From assembly GCA_973895155.1 (NCBI GenBank), contig OZ316891.1:20720169-20784168 (forward strand): DNA of 64,000 bases, given 5' to 3'. The translations under genes were made by a program, and so were the position numbers. Below the pieces are notes generated by a model. The model made no database searches, was not told the DNA's origin, and saw only the letters and a list, made by a program, of their open reading frames with translations. The first letter of the stretch is position 1; each line of letters opens with the position of its first letter. Source of the DNA: Marsupella aquatica (taxonomy: Eukaryota > Plantae > Marchantiophyta). Shown piece by piece: positions 1 through 12,059 of the stretch.

Positions 1-169
1 AGTTACGAGAACCATAATGTATACCAAAACATAAATTAATCTTGCTCTAGTGAGGAGGGTGACATCCACTTTTTGGTTCACTGAGAAGCCCACACAGAAC
101 CTATTTTTCTAAATGATTGTATCTCACTAAGATTGAACATATCAGGTGGTGGTGTCATGGCCCACCACA

Positions 170-500
170 AGCCCATTTTGTTTGTCTTCTCCCTGGCTTT
201 TTTGGCCCTTAGGTTTGTCCCCCCTTGATTGGGTCTCTGTCATGAGGGATCGTGTATCCCGGTTGGACTCTCTTTGTTTTTTGGGCAGTTTGAAATATAT
301 TTTTGAAATTCTTCTTCTTTGTCCTTCCTTGTCTCCTCCAAGAGCCACTAGCCATGACAATATCTAGATTCACCAGGTTTCATTTTTAGTACATTTGGTT
401 TCACCATTTTTAGTACATTTTTCCTGAAATTGTGGAGCAAAGTGAAAAAGGGAGAAATCTTGGACTCTTCCCCTTTATATGGCTAGTGGTGGTTTCAGCT
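170..500. repeat. Dispersed repeat fragments with paralogs in the window (about 175-300 matches 20385-20500; about 365-490 matches 4320-4450)
   Basis: Shared strings seen by eye, e.g. 'ttggccctt..gt.tgtcccc..ttga..gggtc...tgagggatc.tgt.tccc.gttggac' and 'caccaggtttca..ttttt...tgaaattgtgga.caaagt'. Confidence 0.55.
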
Positions 501-1005
501 GTTTCTACATACTTCCTTTCACCTTCAGCATCTTCTTTTAGTTTATCATCTGGTTGAGCTCCTTGGTTTCTTTGAGTTCTCCTTCATTCTGTCTTTTTGC
601 TTGAGCTTCTTCTTCTTCGTCCCTTGTTTCCTTCAGCTGTTTCTAGAGTCTTCTTTTCAGCTTCAAAGTTTTCCCCGACAACTTCATTTTGTCTGTCATC
701 TCCTTGAGCTCCTCTGTTTTCTTTGTCTGCTTCATTCTTCCGTCTTTCTTCTTGAGCTTCTTTCTTATTCTTCCCTCATCTCCTTCAGCTGTTTCTACAG
801 TCTTCCTTTCGGCTTTAGTGTCTTCATTTTGTCCGTTGTCTCCTTAAGCTCTTTCATTTTCTTTGTCTTTTTCTTTTGCCGTCTTCCATCTTTCTTCTTG
901 AGCTTCTTTCTCCTTTGTCCATTGTCTCCTTCAGCTGTTTCTACAATCTCCCTTTCAGCTTCTGCGTTTTCTTTTTCATCCGTCGTCTCCTTCAGCTTCT
1001 TTGTT
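495..1005. repeat. Pyrimidine-rich degenerate tandem repeat (recurring 'ttcagctgtttcta' unit)
   Basis: The motif recurs at about 495, 632, 784 and 930. The overlapping F/S/L-rich ORF 601-1152 is a composition artefact. Confidence 0.55.
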
Positions 1006-1276
1006 AAAAACGTCCAAGTGATGCTTCACCCAAGAGCACTTTTAGTTATGATTTCATCCTGGAGGGGTAGACTATCTAATTTTTTTTTAACCAAGTGTGA
1101 TCCAAAATATGTATTTTTGATAGAAATTAGCCCAAAAAAATTAAAATCATAGTAGACAAAAGAAGGTATGATAAACTTGCATTTATAGAATATTCTCTAA
1201 GATGTAGCTTCTATATAGTCAAATAGGTAATTAATATGAAAGTGAAGCCTGGATGGACCACCATGTTTGACACAAT

Positions 1277-1637
1277 TGTTGAGCATAGATGACAATCACA
1301 ACAATTTGAGGTTAGGACCCAGGTTAGGATGGACACATCCAACGCGCAAGTAGTCGACACAAGAGATACGTGGTTCACCTCCTTGAGGTTACGTCCTCGG
1401 GAACACACAAGAGAGCTTTACTGAACTCTAAGCTTGTCGACCATACCAAGTCTCCACAGTGTAAGCTCTCCTCATCTCTCAAGTGGCTCTATAACAATGA
1501 GCCTAAGTTTCACTTATCCAAGAAAACACCACTTGGCATATAGTGTGCATCCTAGTTAACCTAACCACGTCTCCAACTATGGTTAGCCTAACTATGGTTA
1601 CATGTCGTAATCCTAGACCTTGAATAAATACCGAGCA
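1277..1637 (-). mobile_element. Diverged solo LTR of a Ty1/copia family related to the element at 43121-49853
   Basis: TG...CA termini and 5-bp TSD ACAAT (1272-1276 and 1638-1642). The reverse complement matches the copia LTR ('tgttgagcatagatgac', 'gtcgacacaagagatacgtggttcacctcc', 'ataacaatgagcc'). Confidence 0.8.
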
Positions 1638-2243
1638 ACAATGCTCCTGGGACCACATTTTGGTGGACCATGGGAGTTTTGGGCTTATAATTTAATGATT
1701 ATAAAAATATAGATTTTCACCGGCAAGGCAACTACTCGGGCAACTAGAGAAGGTGGAGACACAAAAAAACAAGCCCTAATATTTCATATTAATGCAATGA
1801 GAATTAATCTAATACAATTAGTCCTCCGCATTCCATGATGAATAATTCAACCAAAATGGCTAAGAAATCACTTTTGCTTTGATGGAAGTGTAGCTTACTT
1901 ACTCCTCTAGCACATCCTCAAAACTTAAAAAATAGTTGAATTTATGAACATCAAATTATACAATTAAACTCAAATTTTGGGAAATGTGGTCCATGGGGTT
2001 TCAAGACCAACGTTGTGGTCCATGGGAGCATCATTTTCAATTAATATTGAAAATATAGAATATGCTCGATAATTTTCTTTAGAAAATAGGTGTATTTATA
2101 TTAAATAAGCTATAACTCCAGTGGTACCCCAAAATATACACTAATTTAACCCCTTGAAATTACACCTCATATTGTTAATTGTACTTCATACATTTTGCAT
2201 GGAGCACAAGAATACATTTGAATCTTGCATCTAGGCATTGGTC

Positions 2244-2587
2244 TGTTAGATATTGCTCTAGTCTTGTGACTCATGAGCTAACCACAGTTAGTCTAACTCG
2301 GGTTAGGACTTAGCTAATGTTAGCGGTAGTGCTGTTGTGTATATAGCCAGGGCTGATGCCAGACCCTGGTGGAACTTAGGCTCATTGTTACGGAGCTAGT
2401 TGAAAGATAAGGAGAGCTTGTGCTGTGGATGCTTGGTATGTCCGGTCGGCCTAGAGTGCAATAAAGCTCTTGTGTGTTCCCGTGGATGTAGCCTCATGTG
2501 GAGGTGAACCACGTATCTCTCTGTGTCGACTCTTGTGCGTTGGATGGTTCATGGGCATGCCGTTGCGAATGTCGTCTATGCTCAACA
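2244..2587 (+). mobile_element. Solo LTR (344 bp) of the same Ty1/copia family as 43121-49853
   Basis: Runs TGTTAGATATTG...CTATGCTCAACA and is colinear with the LTRs at 43121 and 49510, with scattered substitutions. TSD TGGTC at 2239-2243 and 2588-2592. No PBS or PPT adjacent. Confidence 0.95.
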
Positions 2588-3729
2588 TGGTCAATGTATA
2601 AGGCACTGTTTATATCACCCAATTGTCCTCAACTTAAAGTAAAGGGCGTTTGCTCATCCCATAATGAGGTATATTAATGCCTCCCGAATATATTCTCCTT
2701 GTGTATGCGGATGGATCATATATTGTTGAAAATATCTACTACTTTAATAAGAATCCTGCCAAAGATGGTGGGTTGTCCGTTTACACTCACTTTTGGAGGG
2801 AACATTCTTTGACCATTGGATTCATACTTTCATGTATCCTAGAGTTTCATTACTAAAAAAACAATCTCCCTAGTCCAAAGCAGACAAGACAAACTAATTT
2901 GGTATACCACAAAGTCTTTGTAGAAGAAAGATGCACCCATGGGTAAGGGGCTGAATAGTATCAGGGCTACTGTACCCACCGCCCGCCAATTGTTGCCCAA
3001 AGTGTCTGCTGCAAAAATTGTTTAAGTGCTAGAAATGCTTCATGCTTTCATGCAGCAGGCTTTAGCGTATGGTAGCTCATGCGAGTGGGGAGAAGAGGTT
3101 CCAGGTTTGAACCCCCTTGCATGTGCAACTTTTTACACAAACCCCACCCAAAAGTGAGGTTCAAAGGAAGCTTATGTGACACTTAGAAAAATACCAATTT
3201 GGGATTTTTGTGGGCAGAAGGCGGGAAGCATGCGATGGAAAGCAATTAATGACTTTCCAGGGAATGGTCTCCTTGAATCTAAATAGTACTATACCCTCCC
3301 ATAAGTACCTAGGTGGAGGGGATGAGAGATAGGGGATGGGACAAAGTGGAGCAAAGGAAGAATGATGGAAATAAAGAAAATAATAACAAGCATAAGAGGG
3401 ACACCCTTGCCTTTTATTGGGTTGTGGAAGACAGGGGGGAGGAGTTGGGAGAGGAAACCCAAGAGAAAGGGGGAGAGGAGGCCATGAGGAGGAGGGGGGA
3501 TGCTACCTTCCACCTAACGTTGTGTGAATGTGTCTGCCTCGGTTACCATCACCTATCTTGCACTCTCCCTTATCATTTTTGCAACATCTTTTTGACAATT
3601 GACATGGTTTTTGCAACATCTTATGTGCAATGCACGGGTATTGAACACGAACACAACATGTGTCAACAACGACAACTGTATGGGATCACACATAACATGT
3701 GTCAATAACTACATTACAAAGCCTATATT

Positions 3730-4200
3730 TTCTTGCCTTGACATATTTTTCTCATCTCGTCATCTTTCTCTCTTTCCTTGGTATCTTTATCTCTCCATGA
3801 CATCTTTTCTCTCCTCGATATCTTTTCCTAACCTGGGTCCTAACCTCAAATTGTTTTCTCAACTTGACATCTTTTTCTTAGCTCAACATATTTTCTCTCC
3901 TCAATATCTTTTTTGACCTCAACTTCTCTTCCTCTCCTTGATATCGTTCTCACCTCAACATCTTATCTTTTTCTCATCTCGCCACCTATTTCTCACCTTC
4001 ACATCTTTATCTTACCACAACATGTTTTTCTCACCCTCTACATGTTTTCTGTCCTCTACATCTTTTCCTCACCTCAACAACTTTTTCTTACCTTAACATT
4101 TTTTGTCATCTTGTCATCTTTTCTCTCCTTGACATATTTTCTCTTCTTGACATCTTTTCGCACTAACTTGAGATCTTTGGTTCACCTTGACATGTTTTGT
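3730..4200. repeat. Degenerate short-unit tandem repeat ('acatcttttctctcctc'-like)
   Basis: Many imperfect copies of about 18-20 nt containing acatc/ttttct. Confidence 0.5.
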
Positions 4201-5016
4201 GCTATGCGCCGGGCTAGTACCTCATGATGGAAGAGCAGGTGTCCTTAAGAGTATGGGGCTAGTACCTCACAATGGGACAACCATTGTCCTTAAAGTGCCA
4301 CTGTCCATGACAAAATCTGGATCCACCAGGTTTCACCATTTTTAAACCATTTCCCTGAAATTGTGGAACAAAGTCTCACCCTAGAAGACACAAGTGTGAA
4401 AAAGTGAGAAGTGTTGTACACTAAGTTTTCTCCTTTTATATGGACAGTGGTACCTCATATGGGGCTAGTACCTCATAATGGGACAGCCAGCTCCTTACAC
4501 TAGTATGCGTTTTGTTAGTCGTTCTTCCGTCTTTCTCCTTGTGCTTGTTTCGTCTTCGTCCCTCGTCTCCTTGTGCTTGTTTCGTCTTCCCTCCGCGGAT
4601 TGTCTACTACTGTTCAGCTCCTTTCTTTCTTCGTGTTCTTGAGCTTCATTCAGCTGCGTCTTCTGTCTACCGTGGATTCCTTCAGCTGCTTCTTCGGTCT
4701 TCTTTCCGTCGACTGTTTACTGCACCACTTCTACGGCTGTAGTGTCTTGTTCAGCTTCATCTCCTTCGTGTTCTTCGTTGCGTCGAGTCTTTCCTGCTTC
4801 GATTGTTATACGAAGGAGAGTGTTTTCGATTCTCAGAAGCTCGAGGAGTAAGCAGTGTCTGCTCGTTATCGTGTCGTGGTTGTTTGGGCGGAGCGAGGAG
4901 AGGAAGGAGTGGAGCTAAGAAATAAGAGTGGGAGAGCATTGAGCATAGCAGAGGAGAGAGGGGAGCGGAGGTGGTGGAGGTGACAAGCAGTGGATGAAGG
5001 AGGGGAGGTTACGGGT

Positions 5017-7670
5017 ATGCAGCAACAAATGGCTTCCTATGCGGGCACGACAATAACGACTGAGCTCATTCAAAAGGTGAGACTGGGCCCGCGAGTGAGA
5101 TTGTGTGCGTTTGTCGAGTTGGTTTACGGGCGAGTGCGTTTGTTGGAGGGAACAGTTTCGCGTGTATGGCGTGGTTTTAAAAATTTGACGTTGTACCTGA
5201 AGGTGTTCAGCTGGCCTCACGTATGCGTATGCGTTTGTGGTTGTGGTGTGTGTGTGTGTGTGGGTGGGTGTGTGTGTGTGTTTGGCAGTATTTGGACGAG
5301 AACAAACAACTCATCCTCGCTATTCTTGACAACCAAAACCTGGGGAAACTAAATGAGTGTGCCACGTAAGTAATGCGACTCTTTCTAAATAGGCTTTTAG
5401 TGTTCTTGCTTTCAAAAAAATTCGCTGTCTCTGTCTGCACGAGTTTGTTGCTGGGGAGAGGGAAAGGGGAAATGTTCCCAGCGGCTTTATGGTTGATGTT
5501 TTTATAGTGCAGGGAGGTTTCTCTCGTATAGAGGCTTGCACTGCGAAGTTCGAATGGATTATTTGTTTTCAGTATTGCCCTCTTCGGTTGAGTTCCGTCT
5601 CTTTGGGCTTAGTCAGCGATAGGGAAATAGCGCTGCCGTCATCTTAGTTTTGGCAGAAATTCTTACTTGGGGGCAAGGTCTTAGAGACGTTCTCGATGCG
5701 CAGGTATCAGGCAAAACTACAGCAAAACCTTATGTACTTGGCAGCTATTGCTGACGCACAGCCCCAAGGACCCCAGTCTTCGTCGCAGGTACCCATCCTG
5801 AACTCTGTTCATTTCTCGGTTTTAAACGTTTTAATAGTTGAACAAGTAAATGTATGATTGCTTGCTTTCCTGTTCTTCCTATCTTATTTTCTCCACCTGT
5901 GGACCAGTAGGTTAAGAATCTCACCCATCTGGCTCACCCCTATTTCTTTCATAATATTACTCTGGGCAGACACGGTGCAGTGTCTTGATGACGCCGAAGA
6001 GCAATCCAGTGTGAAAACAGTGTGACTCTGTTTGGAAGCTTGACAACTGAGTCAAATTCCTCTATCTGGAGATGGGCTTACGGGGTCTGTCAGTTAAATA
6101 AGCAAGTTGTCCACGTACCTGGACATCTTCTAAATCGACCAGGTTATCCGCCTAAACTGTTTTTAAATTCTGTGAAATAGTCCATGACATAGTCTCGAGG
6201 GTTGGTTTTTGGTCAAAATTTTGGAATACAGGTTGATCATGGCGGGTCTTTCGAATCTGCTTGACCTTAGCAATACTTTTGTACTGTTCAATGGAGTGAA
6301 GAGTAGCATCTTCAACATTGATCAAGCAGCTCAAGGTTGTCTACTCTCCGATCCTCTTCAACGTTCTGACCAGTCAGCTGCTTGTGGATGAGGAAGAAGT
6401 GGATCTGGGATTCAGGTGAGAAATATCACTATCCCAGCCCTTCTGGCCTTTAAGGAAGATTAAAAGGGCACTCATTTTCGGTAGTAAATAAAGCTTGCTT
6501 GCCAGCTTTGAGGCATACTATTGAATGAGTAACTCCATGCGTGGATTGAAACTGAACCAATCAGCTGCACAGTCAGTTGCTAGAGGTTGAGAGTTAAGGA
6601 AGTCCTCTCGTCTACCACTTGCTGCCAGATTAGGTATTCTAGGCTTTAAGTCTATCAAATACAGCATTCTGATCCCACCTCCTCCCACTTTTAAGGATCT
6701 TGTGGCTTTCCTTCGAAAGGCTTACGTACATACGCAGCTTGTATCCCGAAACTTCTATGCACTGTAGTCTCCCCTCCTACCGCTGTCCCTTCTGAACCAA
6801 AACTTTAGTTATGTCTTGAGCGATGCTTATAAACAACCTACCTTATGCCAGTATAAAGAGAACAGTCCTCTTGTGATAAGTTCCGGGTTTTCCATTCCAC
6901 AATTGCCCTCCAAAATATCCCTCTTGGCAGTGAGGGTTATCCATACCTCCATTGCGTGTCCGTCCCTCGTTGTAACTGGAAGAAAAATCATTTTCCGGGT
7001 CGTTCATGTTTCAGGAGTTAGCAATAGTTAGTTGAAGTCTTCACGTTTGATAAACATATTTTATTCTCCTTAGCTAGGATTATGTGCATAGGTGTTCAGG
7101 AGTAATGCATTGATGATGTTTGAGTATTTTCTTCGGTACTTCATGCTCTAATTTGGTTTGTAACGAAATGTTTCAATAAAATTGTCTCAGGCCACTGCTT
7201 CCAATGCGATGCCGGCGGCACAGCAGCAGTACATGCAGCAACAACAGCAGATGACTCACCAATCCATACTAGGACAACGGGGTGGGTCCGCGCAGTACCT
7301 TGGTCAAGGCCAAGGTTCTTCTCATCAGTCTGGGCAGCAGCAGCAGTCATTACATGGGCAGCAAGGGATGATCTCGGGTGGCAGTTCTGGACTACATATC
7401 ATGTCGGGTGAATCAGGGATGGGCGGGAATGGACCTCCTTCTGGTGGGTCTAGTTTTGGCGAGTATGGTCATGGAAAAGGTGGAGTTTCTAGAGAGGGAG
7501 CACTACAGCAAGGTGTCGTACTAAGGGGTGCCGGTGGAGGATCAGATATGCAAGGCCTGGGTGGCCATCAAGGTGGTAGGGAAGGAGGGAACTCTGGATC
7601 TGGGCATGGTCACGGTGGAGATGATTCAGAAGCCTCCTACCTAAAGGGATCGGACGAAGACGGTAATTAG
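5017..7670 (+). CDS. GIF: GRF-interacting factor (GIF/AN3-like, SSXT/SNH domain) transcriptional co-activator, 233 aa
   Basis: Exons 5017-5076, 5289-5365, 5704-5788 and 7191-7670, all GT-AG and in frame. Encodes ITTELIQK-YLDENKQLILAILDNQNLGKLNECAT-YQAKLQQNLMYLAAIADAQP, then a Q/G-rich tail ending YLKGSDEDGN. Confidence 0.95.
5246..5280. repeat. (GT)n microsatellite in GIF intron 1
   Basis: gtgtgtgtgtgtgtgtgggtgggtgtgtgtgtg directly before the acceptor. Confidence 0.85.
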
Positions 7671-9269
7671 GCAAGAACGTCGAAGCGAGGATTCTGGAGC
7701 AGACTGTAGTGATCACTGCTTAGCAAACTATTGTTTTTCAACGCTCCAACTGGGTTTGTTCATTTGGTGAACTAGATAGGATCAGTCAGGCAAAGCGAGA
7801 GGAAGCCCCAACAGGCCAATTTTTGTCCGTGGTAGTTTTCAATGAACGTGCACCACGTTGGGTTTGCAGCTGTGATTTGTGTCCAGGTGGCGCAGGTGGC
7901 CTACAGACTTCTGGATTGTTCCTGAATGACAGCCAACAAAATGTCTGGTGGTTTTTGACATAGTGGTTGGTGCCTTTCTGGGGTATCATTCACTGCATAC
8001 AGGAGTAGAACCAGGCAGGACAGTTAGTGGTGTATCTGTTGTATAAATCCTGTTACTGAACTCGGCTTAGGCCGCAGGGTGCGATTTTCCAACTCGGTGA
8101 AGGTTTAGGGCCCCTATAGGTCTATTTTTGATGTGATAGATTGGCCGAGCAATGTGACCACGATGTAATAGTTTTTCCAACCGCCACTAGGAAAGACGTC
8201 AGGATTCTAATTTTCATCTGCCTCGTCGGTTTTCTGGGAATTTTGTTGTTCAACGTGTATAGCAAACTTTTCTTTGTCAAAACAATGTGCTCAATGTAGT
8301 AAGAGATAAACAGCTCCACGGCAGCAGGACAAGTAGTTCTCGTCCTCTAGTATCGCATCCTTGATTTTCGTATGAATTTGTGAGACCTCAGCGTACGAAC
8401 TCGGTTTGCCCAAACCTTATCCTTCTGTTGACTGTGTTTTACGAACGATTAGATGTCAGACCAGCTCCAGGTTTCTGTTTTTTGAAATGCTTACATTGAG
8501 GCAGATATAATCATTCCGATTGCCTTCAAAGCTGATTCCCGTGTGAGCGAGGAGAAACCTCTTTCGTGGACTTCTGATTCAATCTCTGTAGTCCATTTCG
8601 TTTTTTCCACAGGGCTTAGGGGTGCTCAATTTATAAAGGCCTGAGTCAATCACTCAGTCCTTCCGTTGTACCCCATCAAAACGCTGGTAGTGGCCATGAT
8701 GAGTGAAGAATTTCGAAAGCACTGTTCTCGATTTGTGAGTGCAGGAACAGAGTGGTGATGACCACTCAACGAAGCACGTGCTCTTGCGGTGGACCTTTCG
8801 AAGACCGTGTCCAACAATGTAATCCCCCCGGCCTCGAGTAATGATTGATTCGCCAAATTCCACCTCCCCAAAAAGTGTTCGCCACTTTTGGCTAACATTC
8901 CCCAGATACTTTGTATTTCATTCCATTAGCCAGAATGATTCTTTGTATGTCATTCCATTAGCCAGAATGCTGCGGTCATCTGTAAATCTAGGGATATCTC
9001 TAGGGATATGTGATGGTCACTATATAATGCGTAAAAACTGACAATATAATGAGATATCTCTAGGGATATGTGATGGTCAGGATATAATGAGTAAAAACTG
9101 ACAGAATATTTCTAGAATCTCCCCTATTAGAGCTGCTGACATTTGCCACAGGGCCATTTGCCACTCTGCTAAAAACAAAAACCTTACAAATATGCTGGAC
9201 ACAGACATTTACTCGTGCAGCCGAAATGTTCAAACGCTCCAATTTGTCCAATGCTCTCTCACTGGCTTA

Positions 9270-9720
9270 TGTCATAATTCCTGTCACGAAGCAAGGTTAT
9301 CTTGTAACCTTTTCTACTAGGTGCCACTATTTCCATAACCCCCTCACGAAGCAAGGTTATCTTGTAACTTTTTCTACTAGGTGCCACTATTTCCATAATC
9401 CCCTGCCTAATGTCATAATTCCTGTCACGAACTGTGTGTAACCTTTTCTATTAGGTGCCACCATTTCCATAACCCTCCGCCTAGAAAATGTTCCAAGTAA
9501 TCTTTTATCCGGGCTACTAGGTGCCACCATTTCCATAACCCTCTGGCCAAAAAATGTTCCCGGTAATCTTTTATCCAGGCAGGAATTACGTATGTGCCAC
9601 CATTTCCATAACCCTCTGCCTAGAAAATGTTCCTGGTAATCTTTTATCCGGGCTACTAGGTGCCACCATTTCCATAACCCTTTGCCCAAAAAATGTTCCC
9701 GGTAATCTTTTATCCAGGCA
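9270..9720. repeat. Tandem repeat array with about 55-65-bp units
   Basis: About 6 copies of 'ggtgccac(c/t)atttccataaccc...aaaatgttcc.ggtaatcttttatcc'. Confidence 0.85.
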
Positions 9721-9734
9721 GGTATTAGGTATGA

Positions 9735-9868
9735 TAATGACGGCTTGGGCTGGGTTATTGTCTGAAACCTGTTCCCACAAAGCTCAGAAAAACTTCCCGC
9801 CGGTTAGCATTTCTTCACTTTCTGGTCACAGGGTTACAGACTAGTAACCCAAGACTAAGCCGTCATTA
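9735..9868. mobile_element. Small foldback/MITE-like element with imperfect ~45-bp inverted repeats
   Basis: 'taatgacggcttgggctgggttattgtctgaaacctgttccca' pairs with 'tggtcacagggttacagactagtaacccaagactaagccgtcatta'. Confidence 0.5.
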
Positions 9869-9960
9869 CCTTGTAAGTAATGCTCTCTCTGCACCGGCTT
9901 AAGGTTTTGTACAGTACCTTCTATTGCAGTTTCCCCCTCTCACAAGTTGACAGTACAATA

Positions 9961-10450
9961 CAGTCGGCCGTGCATAAGTGCATCCTGGATAAGTGCATTT
10001 TTCATGGCTAAGTGCAGGCTGGCCATGTAGCCCCCTAATATTACACCAATTTCCATTGTAAATACAACAAAAATGCAAACAGTTTGCATAAGTGCAGGTA
10101 GACCCTACCTTAGAGTCTCCTGATATTGTATAAGTGCAGTCAACATATAAGCTAGATGGTCCCCTCATATTGTCATAAACCAAATGGTCCCCTAATACTG
10201 TATTAGGGCAGGCTGGCCTTGGAGTAAATTTATAAGCCATACATTCCCATAATATTTTGCAAGTTTTGTTGTAAATGCCAAAAAAAAAAATCTTTGCATA
10301 AGTGTAGCAAAAAAATATGTACTTTGCATAAGTGCAGGTAGACTTCACTAAATGACATATATGGGCTCTTTGTATGCATATGTATACTTATGGACAGAAA
10401 TGCAGTTACTATGTTGTGCTTCCCAAATTTGTCCATATGTGTGACCTAAC
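9961..10450 (+). mobile_element. Non-autonomous DNA transposon end (Tc1/mariner/pogo-like) with repeated ATAAGTGCA subterminal motifs
   Basis: TA followed by CAGTCGGCCGTGCATAAGTG, with many ATAAGTGCA copies. A homologous inverted copy ends at 31060. Confidence 0.5.
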
Positions 10451-10689
10451 AACATAAGGGAAAGTGCATACGCAATTCCCCATGCACACAATGCTGTCCA
10501 GTGCACTTAAAACACAGTGCACACCACAGATAAGTTTCAGGTTTGGGATGTCTTCTTGGGAGCCTACACTTAGACACAACAGACTGCATATGAAGTATCC
10601 ACTCTCAAAGTGCACACCCCCAGGAAGGAGTATACAGACAGTGTGCACACTTGTGTTGAGTCTAAGAGCATTGAACGGGGCTGAATGAC

Positions 10690-11180
10690 CATGAACTGAG
10701 ACCAGAGCAAAGAAACGAAAGGAACAAGCACTAAATTGAAAACTTTAGAGCGCTATCTAAACCAAACTTTAGAGTTCACTTGTGCACTGAATCAAAATGA
10801 GTGAGCATTGAGAGCAGGCCAAGCAAGCACTCAATGAGAGCTGAGCACAAATGACCAAACACTGAATGGAAGTTGAGATGGCACCAACTCAGAGCACTAA
10901 ATGAGAGCAAAAATGAGAGCACTCAACAAGAACCGAGCATTGAATGAGAGTTAAAAACAAGAGCTAGCTAAAAATGAGAACCACAGATAGCAAGCACTGA
11001 GACGAGAACACTAAACCAAAGCCAAACACTAACAATCAAGCACTGAATGAGAGCTGAGATAGCACTCAGTGAGAGCAGGGGATGAGGACCAAAAATGAGA
11101 GCATTGGAAGAGAACTGAAAACAAGAGCCAAAAAAAGAGCCAAAAATGAGAGCATTGGAAGAGAGCTGAAAACAAGACCT
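10690..11180. repeat. Degenerate tandem repeat ('gagcactgaatgagagc' / 'aaaatgagagca')
   Basis: Numerous imperfect short copies. Confidence 0.55.
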
Positions 11181-11534
11181 TTTTTAATGTAGATTTTTTA
11201 ATATCTCTAGCCTGACTACCTGTTCTTTTGATTGTAAATATAGGTGAGTACCAAAAAGCCTTGCAAGAAAAACATTCTTGACACATACTCATTGATGATT
11301 TGTCCCCATTCCCTGCACCTCCAAAGTTAAGTGACACAAGTAGAGTTAAGGTCTATAGGATTCACTCCAGACCTTGGCCATAAAAGTATGTTTCTATTGT
11401 GATATACTAGTAAGATGTACCCCCCAATCTCCTGCCTCGAATACCCTCCTTGCTTACTTTAAGCATAGACAAATCATTACAGGACAAAATAACTTTTCAT
11501 GTTCAAGGATGAGAGTGCTATATTTTGAAATAAG

Positions 11535-12010
11535 TTTTACTAGGTTAACCCCCAAACTGAGCGTTATTACAGACCGGATATTTTTATTATTACACTACCC
11601 CAAATAGTATATGAGTGCCCATAATCCTGCCATGGTAGTGCCTGGTTGGTCCAAAGCGTGAAACCCCAATGTGACTGAGGTATGCTTGTGGAGTGTGATT
11701 TGAGTGTCCCCAGGACAGCAGCATGTCACATTCTCCATGTTTTTTGAAAGAAAGACAAGCCAACGGGGTGCAGCGTGCTGGGGAGGCACTGGGTGGATGT
11801 TTCATGGGCGATGCCCAAGTAGGAGTGACCAGACTGAGGGGAGCGGGGTGAATTAGGCTAACCCAGTTGGATGACCAATTAGGTGCTCTAGTGAGCAGAA
11901 ATATGCGTAACTTAGACTTGTATACTATTTGGGGGGCAGCATAGTAATAAAAATAGATTGGGGGTCAGGTGTGTAATAAGCGCTCACTTTGGGGGTTCAC
12001 TCACTAAAAA
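11535..12010. mobile_element. MITE/foldback-like element with imperfect ~70-bp TIRs
   Basis: 11543-11611 'ggttaacccccaaactgagcgttattaca...ccccaaatagtata' is inverse to 11921-12000 'tatactatttgggggg...tgtaataagcgctcactttgggggttcac'. Flanked by an imperfect direct repeat 'gct(a/g)tattttgaaat(a/c)ag'. Confidence 0.55.
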
Positions 12011-12059
12011 GCTGTATTTTGAAATCAGTTTCAAAACATTTGTGTGTTATCTTTAGTGG

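Noticed and set aside
601-1152. 183-aa F/S/L-rich ORF
   Set aside because: Translation of a pyrimidine-rich degenerate repeat, with no recognisable domain.
4197-4217. Possible Helitron 3' end (small hairpin plus CTAG|T)
   Set aside because: The hairpin is weak and no matching 5' TC terminus could be assigned.
8690-8770. C/D snoRNA (ATGATGA box)
   Set aside because: No matching CTGA D box or terminal stem at a suitable distance.
9270-9720. CRISPR-like periodic repeats (also at 25899-26245)
   Set aside because: The units are contiguous duplications without unique spacers, the context is eukaryotic, and there are no cas genes.
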